This document shows, piece after piece, positions 13,923 through 25,428 of a stretch of DNA of 64,000 bases. The stretch lies in NCBI GenBank assembly GCA_051362555.1, contig CM120647.1:10106001-10170000 (forward strand), given 5' to 3'. The position numbers and the translations under genes were made by a program. Position 1 is the stretch's first letter. Every line of letters begins with the position of its first letter. Below the pieces are notes generated by a model that was given only the letters and a program-made list of their open reading frames with translations, was not told the DNA's origin and ran no database searches. This stretch comes from Lingula anatina (lineage: Eukaryota > Animalia > Brachiopoda).

Positions 13923-14423
13923 CTGAGGTGCCGTCACTGCTGACACACTTTGTTCTTGTCTTGTATCTGATTGTTGGGTGTGTATGGTTGCTGCTGAGTG
14001 TCTCTCTACGAAGGCTGCTGTGCGATTTACAGCACTTTCTATGGGTAGACCGGGGGATTCTGGTCGTCTTCTATGGGGAAACAACTGTATTTCTTCGTCT
14101 TCGAGTACCTGCGCTTTGGCCTCTGCTGCAGCGTGAGATTTCCTTTCCATTAACAGCTCAAGCTCTGCTTCTAATTCAGCTTTTTGTCTGTTTCTTTCTG
14201 CAGCTCTGATCACGTTTTGTTCCTCCAAAATTGCCTGTTGTTTCTTCAGTTCTACTTCTTGCTCTGCAAACTTGAGCCGTGCACGTGCCGCTTCTGCTTT
14301 CGCTCTCTTTCTGATTGTGGATGAGGTGCCTGTTGATGAAACAGATCTAGATCTAGCTGACATAGCTAATTCTGCACCCAAGTCTGGAACTGTGCTTGAT
14401 GGCTCTTCGGCACCTGTTGACAT
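13923..14423 (-). pseudogene. BEL-1 gag N-terminus (Ser-rich plus coiled coil)
   Basis: MSTGAEEP...RAKAEAARARLKFAEQE..., a typical BEL gag start, 55 bp inside the 5' LTR. Confidence 0.88.
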
Positions 14424-14477
14424 CTTGAAATGGAGCTAGAGGTGAATTGACTTCTAAATGGGCCTGACCTTTTTTAC

Positions 14478-14909
14478 TGTCTTGCTTCCGGAAAACAAGA
14501 AGATAACCCTCTTTGTTGTTTGATACAGCTATCTTTATTTCCAACAAAGGAATGTGGTAAAAAACTGAAATAAAATAAAGAAAACCTATGTCAAAATGCT
14601 GACGATGATATTTCCATTACTTATTGTGGCACTTACAGGCCACCGTACCTTACAAAACGAGCGTGAAACGTGCAGCATTCTTGCAATGACAAGTTTAAAT
14701 GTAAATACATAATAAAAGCAGTTTATAGATACTAAAAATGTTCTTAACACAACCACAATTATCAAAACTATATAAAATGTGGAAAACTCACGGTGTGCGT
14801 GGCCCATCTTTAGAAAAAACTCTGTACAGTTCACGAGCGGCTGCTGATGAGCGAGCATGGAGCCTCGACATGAAAAACTAGGTCAAATACGGAGGCCCGT
14901 AACAACACA
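14478..14909 (-). repeat. BEL-1 5' LTR (432 bp)
   Basis: Direct repeat of 1275-1710. Followed on the minus strand by GTAAAAAAGG and then the gag ATG at 14423. Confidence 0.95.
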
Positions 14910-16033
14910 TGTCACAAGCTGTCACCCAATTGTCCCTAACCAATTTAGGGACCCGCCATTTTGAAAAAGTCCGATGAAAAGTTGTCTATTTGAAACAATG
15001 TTTTTCATCTAAAGGGTCGATTAATTTAATACCAAAATGATGTATTGTAATGATGCACGTGCTTGCTTCACTAACTAGAAAAACATAAATTATGTGCATA
15101 CATCACGCACTTAAGAAGGAAAAGTCCTAAACATGGAGGTCCCGCTGAATCGGCCTCAGATCTTCCAGCTACCGCTGATTTCTGCACAGACAAATTTGAC
15201 TGACAGCCACCGTATGAACATAAAACAATGCTCAAAGCAGATTTTCAACTCTCACTCACCTTTATATCGCTCGACTTGGAGTTTTTCTAAGTGAAACTTC
15301 TGAATATTCGCATTAAACAAGAATAAATCAAGACGTAGACGCACTGCTTCAGCTTCTCTGTCTTGAGCCACGCGGAGGCGAGCGGAGTGTGACGGGTGAC
15401 ACTTCATGCAAAAGAGAAGCCTGTATTTGTACTCATACTGTTGATTTATTGTCTCTTTACACAAACTTGTGTGACGATACTTATGTGTGTATGGTTCAAA
15501 TCTCTAAAATAAAATAAAATAAAAAATGCTTAAATAACTGACAAAAACCCTAGAGCACATTATATATAAGTATAAAGAAACAAACAGATAAATAAATATT
15601 AATAAAGTGAATATACATTAAATAATAAAGAAAAATGACTTCTTTTGAAATTATCCACGAGTCCACACCCAAATATTACTGAGACTTGTATATTCCACAA
15701 TATATTTACCTTAAACTAAATTTTAACTCAATATGAATTTAATAGTAACAATGACAGTTGTATAAAGTAAAGTAAATGAAACTTACAATTTTTTTGTTCT
15801 CTTTTGTATGACAAATTTCTATCTTCTTGGAAGTCTGCATAAATTCAACTGCTTGCTTCTAAGCTGTCTGTGTAATCAACTGCCAATAAGCACAACTTGG
15901 CAATGGGCCTCATCAAAGGTGTGTTGACAGTTTGTACTTCTGCAGATCTTACATGTCCATCTCTTCCTGAAAAAGTTTTATTGACTGTTGCAATTTGCCA
16001 CATGTTCCTTGGAGTGTTGTTGTCTGCAATTAA

Positions 16034-18477
16034 AACAAGTCAGCAAAGCTGTCAAATGTACAGACAAAAAACAGGCAATAACTATGCAGAAAATAGGCTA
16101 CTGTCAATTCTGATGCAAAAGTAAATTATGTTAAACTGCAAATTCAACATCAAATTTAAATTATGCTCAACAGGTAATACCAATGTAAGTAAAATGTGTA
16201 ACAAGTTAACACTTTGAAAATGTTTAACCTCCAGAAAAAGAAGCCAATTAGACTGCTTTTCAAACTCAGGCTGCATTTTAGTCCTGTATTTCTTTTTAGA
16301 AAGTTAGGCAATCATAAGTAACATGGTTTTCCCATAATGGTCCTCATGGCAGCAGCACGTTTTTTTCAAATTTTGATGCAATATTACATAATGTTTAACA
16401 GCATAATGACCATCAATTTTAATAATAAAATATTAGTATAATGGATATTCAGAAAATGTGACTAGCAAAGGTCTTCAGGCCCATGGAACTTCAAAGTCAC
16501 AACAACAAAAAAAGCATAACTACTACAATAGTTGCCCCGATCATGCTGATTTTCGAACATGACCTGCGTTTTATGAATATTCATCAGCTTTGTAAATATA
16601 TAGCCAAAAAGTAAAACTGCCTTCCACTTATCGTGTTTACAATGAAAGTGCACGGCGTCGGCGACAGAGACAGTGATGGCGACGACAGACGCAGGTGATG
16701 GCAATATGTACAGACACATCTGTACATATTTACTGTATTGTTTGAGAACAGTAAGTGACATGGTTTTTCTTAAATGGTCATTATGGGAGCAGTGCCCAAA
16801 ATAGGTTTTTTTCAAATTTTGATGCAATATTACATAATGTTTAACAGCATAATGACCATCAATTTTTAATAATAAAATATTAGTATCATGGATATTCAGA
16901 AAATGTGACTAGCAAAGGTCTTCAGGCCCATGGAACTTCAAAGTCACAACTTGAAAATGCCAAATGTAAACAAGACAGCACTGTTCTGAAATGGGTTTTT
17001 TTTTTATTTTTAACAATTTTTTGAACATAAAACAAAATTAACAGGTTACTGCCATTTTTATACGATCAACTAAGAAAATTGATGACATGAGAAAAATATC
17101 AATACAACAGTGCTGAATGTCCAATTTCCTCCATTCTGAGATTCTGAACATAGTGAATGATTGAATCTGACAAACTGCAATGATATGAGTTTATTTCCAT
17201 TTTTGAAACTTTATTACACAATACACAATAACAAGCTTACCATCATTTTTACAAAATCAACTAATAATGTTGTAAAGATGCAGGAAATGTCAACCAAACA
17301 CTTTTACATATCTTATTAGTTCAATAATGAGACTGTTAACATGCCTAAGAGTTGAATCTGAGGAAATGAGAAAAAACAGCATAACTTCTAAAATAATGCC
17401 CCGATTATGCTGATTTTCGAACTCAACCTACATTTTAGTAAGACTGACCACTCCTGTGAGTTTAATACAATTGGCTATCTGTTTTTCTTATATTGTGTTT
17501 ACAGTGTTGCATATATGCTGAAAAATGAACAAGACAGCACTGTTCTGAAATGGGTTTATTTCCATTTTTAACACTATTTAAACATAAAACAAAATAAACA
17601 GTTTACTGCAATTTTTATATGATCAACTAAGAAAATTGATGAGATGGGGAAAATATCAAAAGAACAGTGTTAAATGTCCATTTTCCTCCATTCTGAGATT
17701 CTGAACAAAGTGAATGATTGAATCTGACAAACTGCAATGATATGAGTTTATTTCCATTTTTGACACTTTATTACACAATACATGATAACAAGTTTACCAT
17801 CATTTTTACATAATCAACTAACAATGTTGTAAACATGCAGGAAATGTCAAACAAACACTTTTATGTATCTTATTAGTTCAATAATGAGACTGTTAATATG
17901 CCTAAGAGTTGAATTTGAGGAAATGTGAAAAAACAGCATAACTTCTAAAATAATGGCCTGATTATGCTGATTTTCGAATTCAACCTGTGTTTTAGTAAGA
18001 TTGCCCACTCCTGTGAGTTTAATGACAATTGGCCTATCTGTTTTTCTTATATTGTGTTTACAGTGTTGCATATATGCTGAAAAATGAAAAAACAGCATAA
18101 CTACTAAAATAGTGGCCCGATCATGCCGATTTATGAACTTGACCTGCATTTTAGTAAGATTGATTACTCCTGTGAGTTTCATGATAACAGGACTAACAGA
18201 TTTCCTTAAAATGTGTTTACAGGGTTGCATATATGCTGAAAAAAGAAAAAACAGCATAACTTCTACAATAATGGCCCGATCATGCTGATTTTCAAACTTG
18301 ACCTGCGTTTTATGAATATTCATCAGCTCTGTAAATATAAAGCCAAAAAGTAAAACTGTCCTCCACTTATCGTGTTTACAAGGAAAGTGCACGGCATCGG
18401 CGACGGCATCGGCATCGGCGACGACAGACGCAGGTGATGGCAATATGTACAGACACATCTGTGTCTGTACATAAAAA
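16034..18477 (-). mobile_element. HINE family A copy 2, inserted in the BEL-2 integrase tail
   Basis: Same termini as copy 1 (AACAAGTCAGCAAAGCTGTCAAATGTACAGACA ... TGTACAGACACATCTGTGTCTGTACATAAAAA). The host frame DIQIGDV|LIADNNTPRNMW is rejoined on removal. Confidence 0.88.
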
Positions 18478-20465
18478 CATCACCAATCTGTATATCACGT
18501 CTTACAGTCATCCACTTTTGTCTGCTTTGTAATAATGGCAAATATTCTCTCACCCAACGTTTCCAAAACAAATCTGCAAGGTACTGTATGTGACGCCATC
18601 TTTTACGACTGTACATATCTTCCTTCTGAAACCTACCAGGTGGAAGTCTTGGGCCTGAACGTAAAAGGAGCAAATGATTGGGTGATAGCGGTTCTGGATC
18701 TCTGGGATCATCTCAGACATATGTTAGTGGTCGACTGTTCACTATGCTTTCCACTGTGCACATAAGTGTAGAGAGTCCTTCGTCATCTAAGGTCTGCTCT
18801 CTCATGACTCCACTTAATATTTTACGAATTGTCCTGATCTGTCTTTCCCATGATCCACCCATGTGAGAGGCTGCTGGTGGGTTAAAGTTCCACTTAATCT
18901 CTCTCTGTCTAAAAAATTCATCTAGTTTTGTTTGGTTTCATCCCTGTACTGCTTCTTTCAGCTCCCTATCTGCACCTGTGAACTTTGTGCCATTATCTGA
19001 ATTGATCCCCTTGGGCATGCCCCGTCGGCTGATGAACCTCTGTAATGCATTTAGGAATGAACTGGTGTCCAGTGAATGAGCTATCTCAATGTGAATAGCC
19101 CTGATGGTTAAACAAGTGACAATGCACCCATTTCGCTTCACAAGTTTTCCGCCTTGTTTGACGTGAAATGCTCCAAAATAGTCGACTCCTGTATATGTGA
19201 ATGGCGGGTTTCCAGGTGTGACTCTGCTGGCAGGCAAATCGGCCATCTTCTGTGTGCTACAGGGAGATTGTCTTTTTCTACATGTGAAGCAATCATTAAT
19301 TACTCTGCGAATGGCCGTTCTTGCTCCTAATATCCAAAATTGTTCCCTTGTCATTGATAAAACATATTCTCTACCTGAGTGACCTGAATCAACGTGGAAC
19401 TGTCGGATCATCAAATCAGCTATGTGATGTCTTGGTAATATCATTTGATGTCTGGCGTCATGTGATATTGGAGCTTGATTCAATCTTCCTCTTACTACAA
19501 GTACACCGTCTTCTGACAGCTGAGGGTTGAGGCGATGTAGATTTTTATGTCTCAATTTGGCATTGGTAGCGTCTGATTTCTTGAGTGCTGCTATTTCTTC
19601 GCTGAACGCTTGTCTCTGTACATAGTTGATGATTTCAATACTGGCTCTTTGTAACTCATCAACAGTAAGTGATCCACTGTCACAACTTGCAATGACCTGT
19701 ACTTTAGCTTTTAGCCAGTTTTTGAAATGTAACCACCAAGCTACATCTCTTTTTAGTCTATACCACGAAGACTGCCTATGAATCATCTTGTCAACAGCCG
19801 AGTCTTCTGATCTCTGAGCCTGAGTCACATGTGTGGCGACTTTCACTTCCAGAGATATGTTGTTGTCTGCATGTTATGTGTCACCTGGTAAACTTGGCCA
19901 TTGCTCTTCATTTTTCTGTCGGAAACTTGGCCCTTCTTTCCATCTCTTGTTATGGAGAAGTTGGTCTGCTGTTTGTCCCCTTGAAACGTCATCCGCTGGG
20001 TTGCTTTTGGAATCCACATAGTGCCACTGGTTCGGCTGTGAACCTTCTCTGATTACTGCCACTCGACTGGCGACGAAGGTCTTGTATCGATTGTCTTCAT
20101 TGGTTATGTATCTGAGTACTGTTGCACTATCTGTCCAAAAAAACAGACTCTGAAACTCTGAAGTCAATGTGCTTGAGTATCACGTTGTTTAATTTCACTG
20201 ATGTCGCTGCCATTAACTCTAGTCTTGGTATTGTCACTTTCTTGATTGGTGCTAGTCTTGATTTGGCCAACAATAAACAACAATGTACTCTATCTTTGCA
20301 GATATGCTACTGTTCGAAGATATGCTACTGTTCCACATGCTGTTTCTGATGCATCAGAAAAGAAATGTAAAGAATGATCAACTATGTCTGTGTCAACTGA
20401 GAATTTCACACATCTATTGATCTTCATTTCTTCAAGCTTTTTTGGGTTACTGTGCCATTCCAACC

Positions 20466-20640
20466 TGTCGTGTTCCGCATATTCCTTATTTTTGTAGCAC
20501 CCTTATGCGTTCCAAGTAGAAATCTCTGTTTTAGTTTGTTCAATAAAGCATGGTTTCCAAACCGCACGGACTTTAATTTGCTGTCTAAAAACTAGAGTGT
20601 TACTCTGTATATTCCACGAATATCAGGGCCATACACGACA
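20466..20640 (+). repeat. Gypsy-1 5' LTR
   Basis: TGTCGTG...CACGACA termini; contains AATAAA. Confidence 0.96.
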
Positions 20641-20644
20641 TAAT

Positions 20645-20663
20645 TGGCGACGAGGAAGGGATT
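20645..20663 (+). promoter_or_regulatory. Primer-binding site, tRNA-Ser(GCU)-like
   Basis: TGGCGACGAGGAAGGGATT starts 4 bp after the LTR. It is complementary, with one mismatch, to the usual metazoan tRNA-Ser(GCU) 3' end. Confidence 0.8.
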
Positions 20664-20690
20664 ATCAAGGTACCGATCACTAGATACACA

Positions 20691-23600
20691 ATGAACTTTG
20701 CAAGGGCCACTTTTCCAGCATTTTCGACCACACCCACGGAAAACGCGGGAATACGATGGGAAAAGTGGATAAAACGTCTAGATAACTTTATTGTGTCAGA
20801 AAATATTACTATAGATGCACAAAAGAAAGCCCTCTTGCTACACCTAGCAGGGGAGGAGGTATTTGAGTTAAGTGAGACAATAGGAGTTGTAGATGATGAT
20901 GACTTTACTGACACAAAGCAAAAACTTACGCAGCATTTTCTACCGAGAAGGAATGTGGAATATGAAGTTTATGTATTTCGACAGGCAACACAGCTGCCGT
21001 CTGAAACATTAGACGCATTTTGTGCCAGACTGAAAACTTTGTCCAAGCATTGTGAGTTCCAGAATGCAACAAGAGAAATTAAAAGCCAGATTATTCAGAA
21101 GTGTTCTGAGCCGAAGGTTAGAGAAAAAGGGATTAGAGACACCGAATTGACTCTGGAAAATTTGTTACAATATGGCAGAACATTAGAGGCTACCAGGTCT
21201 CAGAGCAAGATTATGTCTGGAGAGTGCCAGGAACATGAACAGGAAATTAATATGCTTAGGAAACACCCAAAACAGGACCCTGTCAAACAAACACCAAGTC
21301 ACCAACAACAGCAGACAAAAATATCACAACACAGTAGCAGCTGTCCAGGATGTGGTGGACCTAGACACAATAACAGGAGCCAGCAGTGTCCAGCCTGGGG
21401 TAAACAGTGTCGCCACTGCAACAAGGATAATCATTTTAGCAGGGTATGTAGAGCACGGTTACTCACCAATAACTATGTACAGTCAGATTGCACACCACAA
21501 GCCCAAGCTAATCCTCAGCTAGAGACACTCCCTCATCAACCGCAGGCCACACCTGTTCCTGAGACCCCAACCTACCAGTTTTTATACTCAACAAACAATA
21601 CCAAACCTAGCACACCACCCTATACTTGCAAGTTTGTCATCGGAGACTCGCCATCAGAGCTACAGATTGACACCGGTGCTTCAGTAACTATCCTTAGTTC
21701 AAGTAATGCTCAGACTATGACCATCAACGGTGTTCCACTCTTGAATAAAATGCAGAAGGATAACGCTACCAATTTAGTGACCTATTCAGGCGGCATCATC
21801 AAACCATTGGGCCAAGTCACAGTACCTGTCTGCTATGAAGGGAATACATACAGCCTGCCCTGCTATGTGGTACAAGGATCCGGTCCCAATCTGTTGGGAC
21901 GTCATTGGATACAAGCTATTGCCCCGCAGTGGTCACCTATATTCATGGTGTCCACAGAAGACTACACCACAAAATTCCCACAACTATTCAATGATGGACT
22001 TGGGAAGTTAAATAACATGGATGCCAAATTACATGTTGATGAAAACACTATTCCTGTATACTGTAGGCCACGTCCAGTTCCACTGGCTATGAAAGGCAAG
22101 GTGGAGGCAGAGCTTGAACGCCTTGTGGCTGATGGAGTTTTACGTCCAGTACAACACTCTGACTGGGCCGCACCCATTGTTCCCGTCTTGAAACCCAATG
22201 GAGAGATTCGCATTTGTGGTGATTATAAGCTGACTATTAACACAGCATCCAGAGTGGAACGATATCCAATTCCCAGTATTGACGACTTGTATGCCAGTCT
22301 ATCTGGAGGTCAGTACTACTCAAAACTTGACCTGAGTCATGCCTACCAGCAAATTTGCCTTCACCCGGACTCTCAGCTGTTGACTACCATTAACACTACC
22401 AAAGGGCTCTTCGCCTACACCCGACTTTGTTATGGGATTGCGTCAGCCCCGGGCATATTTCAGCGATTAATGGAACAGGTTGTGCAGAACATCCCTATGG
22501 TTTCAGTCTATCTTGATGATATCTTAGTCTCTGGAAGAAGCTACGAGGAGGCCCATACCAACCTCATTACTGTTCTCCAACGTTTGCAGGAAGCTGGCCT
22601 ACGGCTGCGCAAGGAGAAATGCACATTCATGCAACGCTCTGTAGTCTACTTAGGACACAGACTTGATTCAGAGGGCATACATCCAACGGATGACAAGCTT
22701 TTGGCCATTCAGAAGGCCCCAACCCCCACAACAGTAGCAGAACTACGCAGCTATTTGGGACTGCTCAACTACTACCACCGTTTCTTGAAGAATCTGAGCA
22801 CCGTTCTAGCCCCGCTCCACGAGCTTCTTCATGAAAAGGCTAAATGGCATTGGAAGGCAGAACAAGAAAGAGCATTCCAGGAGTCAAAGAAATTATTACA
22901 GTCTTCACAGGTGTTAGTTTACTATAACCCTGAGTTACCCCTTCTACTCAGCTGCGATGCTTCACCTTACGGAGTAGGAGCGGTATTGTCACACCGCATG
23001 CCAGATGGTAGTGATAAACCAATCGCCTTCACATGGCGCACCTTGACTTCCGCAGAGAAAAATTATGCGCACTTGGAAAGAGAAGGACTTGCAATCATAC
23101 ATGGACTGACAAAATTCCATAAGTATCTATATGGAAGGGACTTCTGTATTCAAACTGACCACAAACCACTTTTAGGTCTACTGAAAGAAGACAAGCCGAT
23201 ATCACACATGGCCAGTGCGCGCATCCAACGATGGTCGTTGATTTTGGGAAATTATCAGTACCATTTAGAGTACAGAAGTGGCTCTTCAAACTCCAATGCT
23301 GACGCATTAAGCCGACTACCTCTGATTTCAGCACAGCCTACAAGCACTACACCAGAGGAAAATCAACAGGTCTTTGCTTTTCTCGACAATGAAACCCTAG
23401 TCACCAGTGACATGATCCGTCAGTGGACTAGTCGTGACCCAATTCTGTCACAGGTATGTCGATATGTACAGGATGGATGGCCAGAGAAATTGGATCAACA
23501 CTATGATGCTTATGTCAGACGGAGACATGAGCTAAGTGTGGAACAAGGCATTCTAATGTGGGGCTTACGAGTTGTGGTTCCACCCCAGGGACGTGAATTT

Positions 23601-24734
23601 CTGCTCAATGAGTTACATGAGTCACATCCTGGCATTGTACGGATGAAAGGATTGGCACGAAGTTACGTTTGGTGGCCCAATATTGATATGGAAGTGGAGA
23701 GAAAAGTAAGAGACTGTGACAGTTGTCAAGTTAATAGCCAACTACCACCATCAGCACCACTCCAACCTTGGGAGTGGCCTGGACGCCCATGGCACAGAAT
23801 TCACATTGATTACATGGGTCCTTTTGAAGGACGCATGATATTAGTTATTGTCGATGCACACAGCAAGTTTGTGGATGCACATGTGGTGCATTCTGCGACC
23901 ACCTCAGTAACACTGACTAAGCTTAGGCAAACTTTTGCCATGATGGGAATTCCCAACACCATTGTATCTGACAATGGAACATGTTTCACTAGTGAGGAGT
24001 TCACTCAATTCTGCAAATGCAATGGCATTCAACACATAACAAGTTCACCGTACCACCCAGCTAGTAATGGTTTAGCTGAACGAGCTGTTCAAACCATTAA
24101 AAATGGACTTAAGAAAGCAGACAGTGTGGGAAACCTTGAGGATAGACTGTACAGACTGTTGCTTATGTACCGAGTTACCCCTCAAACTACAACAGGGCAA
24201 GCACCAGCAGATCTTGTTATGAAGCATAAACCTAGAACAAGGCTGGATTTAGTTAAGCCAGATGTCAACTTACACAACAAAGTAGTACAGAAACAAGATT
24301 ATGACAAAGTACGTCATGACATGAAGGCCATTCACACCACTTTCTACCCAGGTGACACTGTGTGGGCTGTAAATTTCCAAGGAAAGCCTAAATGGTTACC
24401 CGGAGTACTTCAAGAACGTTTAGGCCCGCTAACCTTCACAGTACGTTTGCAAGATGGGCGACTTTGGAGGAGACACCAGGATCACCTAAAAGCAAGGAGT
24501 CCAGAGGAAGGTCATTCAAACGATAGAGGCAAGTGTGAGTTGACAGTGGAAATGCCTCCTATGACAAGTCCTACAAATAACTCAGTACCAGAGATTAGAG
24601 TTCCAGAGACTGTGGTACCTGAACCCACCCCTGTAGAAGAGAGGGAACCCCAAGAAATAACTGTAAATTCTGATACTGTTGTTTTGAGACGTTCAAACAG
24701 GATATCTAAGCCACCAGACAGGCTGAATTTGTGA
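20691..24734 (+). CDS. Gag-Pol polyprotein (Gag with Cys/His knuckles, aspartic protease, RT, RNase H, integrase), 1347 aa
   Basis: Uninterrupted ORF. Motifs: CPGCGGPRH..C and CRHCNKDNHFSRVC, IDTGAS, RICGDY, YLDDIL, CDASPYG/TDHKPL, HESHPG..C..C, HIDYMGP, SDNG, SNGLAER. Confidence 0.97.
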   Translation: MNFARATFPAFSTTPTENAGIRWEKWIKRLDNFIVSENITIDAQKKALLLHLAGEEVFELSETIGVVDDDDFTDTKQKLTQHFLPRRNVEYEVYVFRQATQLPSETLDAFCARLKTLSKHCEFQNATREIKSQIIQKCSEPKVREKGIRDTELTLENLLQYGRTLEATRSQSKIMSGECQEHEQEINMLRKHPKQDPVKQTPSHQQQQTKISQHSSSCPGCGGPRHNNRSQQCPAWGKQCRHCNKDNHFSRVCRARLLTNNYVQSDCTPQAQANPQLETLPHQPQATPVPETPTYQFLYSTNNTKPSTPPYTCKFVIGDSPSELQIDTGASVTILSSSNAQTMTINGVPLLNKMQKDNATNLVTYSGGIIKPLGQVTVPVCYEGNTYSLPCYVVQGSGPNLLGRHWIQAIAPQWSPIFMVSTEDYTTKFPQLFNDGLGKLNNMDAKLHVDENTIPVYCRPRPVPLAMKGKVEAELERLVADGVLRPVQHSDWAAPIVPVLKPNGEIRICGDYKLTINTASRVERYPIPSIDDLYASLSGGQYYSKLDLSHAYQQICLHPDSQLLTTINTTKGLFAYTRLCYGIASAPGIFQRLMEQVVQNIPMVSVYLDDILVSGRSYEEAHTNLITVLQRLQEAGLRLRKEKCTFMQRSVVYLGHRLDSEGIHPTDDKLLAIQKAPTPTTVAELRSYLGLLNYYHRFLKNLSTVLAPLHELLHEKAKWHWKAEQERAFQESKKLLQSSQVLVYYNPELPLLLSCDASPYGVGAVLSHRMPDGSDKPIAFTWRTLTSAEKNYAHLEREGLAIIHGLTKFHKYLYGRDFCIQTDHKPLLGLLKEDKPISHMASARIQRWSLILGNYQYHLEYRSGSSNSNADALSRLPLISAQPTSTTPEENQQVFAFLDNETLVTSDMIRQWTSRDPILSQVCRYVQDGWPEKLDQHYDAYVRRRHELSVEQGILMWGLRVVVPPQGREFLLNELHESHPGIVRMKGLARSYVWWPNIDMEVERKVRDCDSCQVNSQLPPSAPLQPWEWPGRPWHRIHIDYMGPFEGRMILVIVDAHSKFVDAHVVHSATTSVTLTKLRQTFAMMGIPNTIVSDNGTCFTSEEFTQFCKCNGIQHITSSPYHPASNGLAERAVQTIKNGLKKADSVGNLEDRLYRLLLMYRVTPQTTTGQAPADLVMKHKPRTRLDLVKPDVNLHNKVVQKQDYDKVRHDMKAIHTTFYPGDTVWAVNFQGKPKWLPGVLQERLGPLTFTVRLQDGRLWRRHQDHLKARSPEEGHSNDRGKCELTVEMPPMTSPTNNSVPEIRVPETVVPEPTPVEEREPQEITVNSDTVVLRRSNRISKPPDRLNL

Positions 24735-25240
24735 TTTTGTTCATTGGATGTTCAGTGACTTGATTTAAAGGAGCGATTGAAGACTGGATGTTCAAAGATT
24801 TTTTTTTTTTTTCTTTTCTACATGTTCAGGGATTTTCTAGTTACATTGTTAGACTTCAGAAGTTCAGAGACTGTTTAAAAAAAAAAAAAAAAAAAAAAAA
24901 ACTTTCTGATTTTCAGTTTTATTTTATTTTTTTTAATGAACTTTATCTTGCAAGGATATTTGTCATACAAATGTTGGCATTTAGACTTTAAATGCCTGTT
25001 TAATTATTACAAACAGTCATGTTGGACCTTTAACAAGTTTACTTACAGGCATACATCCTCTGCTGACTGGAGCATAATTGACATTTCTTAACAAGCATCA
25101 TCAGGCATGGACCTTAACTTGATTGTTCTTAAAACTGTTATATGGACATGTTATAATCGCATTTTCTTTATTTGCAACTAAAAAGACTTCTCATTTTAGA
25201 ATTTATCAGCACTATATTATAGTAAACAGTAGTTTTAACT

Positions 25241-25428
25241 AAAGGGGGAGGAATGTCGTGTTCCGCATATTCCTTATTTTTGTAGCACCCTTATGCGTTC
25301 CAAGTAGAAATCTCTGTTTTAGTTTGTTCAATAAAGCATGGTTTCCAAACCGCACGGACTTTAATTTGCTGTCTAAAAACTAGAGTGTTACTCTGTATAT
25401 TCCACGAATATCAGGGCCATACACGACA
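25241..25428 (+). repeat. Gypsy-1 polypurine tract (25241-25253) and 3' LTR (25254-25428)
   Basis: AAAGGGGGAGGAA lies directly before TGTCGTG; the LTR matches the 5' copy. Confidence 0.95.

Larger units (their letters stand above)
1275..14909 (-). mobile_element. Full-length BEL/Pao LTR retrotransposon (BEL-1), disrupted by two nested insertions and frameshifts
   Basis: Direct LTRs at 1275-1710 and 14478-14909 with TG..CA ends. 5-bp TSD TGTCA at 1270-1274 and 14910-14914. Minus-strand ORF pieces follow BEL order: gag, protease, RT (FYVDD), RNase H (FSDAS, TIPRLEL), integrase. Confidence 0.96.
20466..25428 (+). mobile_element. Intact Ty3/Gypsy LTR retrotransposon (Mag-like), Gypsy-1
   Basis: 175-bp LTRs at 20466-20640 and 25254-25428, identical by eye. 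TSD CAACC at 20461-20465 and 25429-25433. PBS, PPT and a single open gag-pol ORF are present. Confidence 0.97.

Noticed and set aside
15110-15840. Candidate 3' LTR of BEL-2 or a host first exon (ORF 15252-15464) spliced to about 966
   Set aside because: No partner LTR, PPT or TSD was found, and the putative spliced product is short and unrecognisable.
11846-18458. Recurring ORFs such as [13 protein letters not shown].. and ..HDRATILVVMLFFHFSAY.. (also at 32928, 33931, 36958, 47602)
   Set aside because: They are chance translations of the HINE-A modules. Frames are not preserved between copies and no domain is recognisable.
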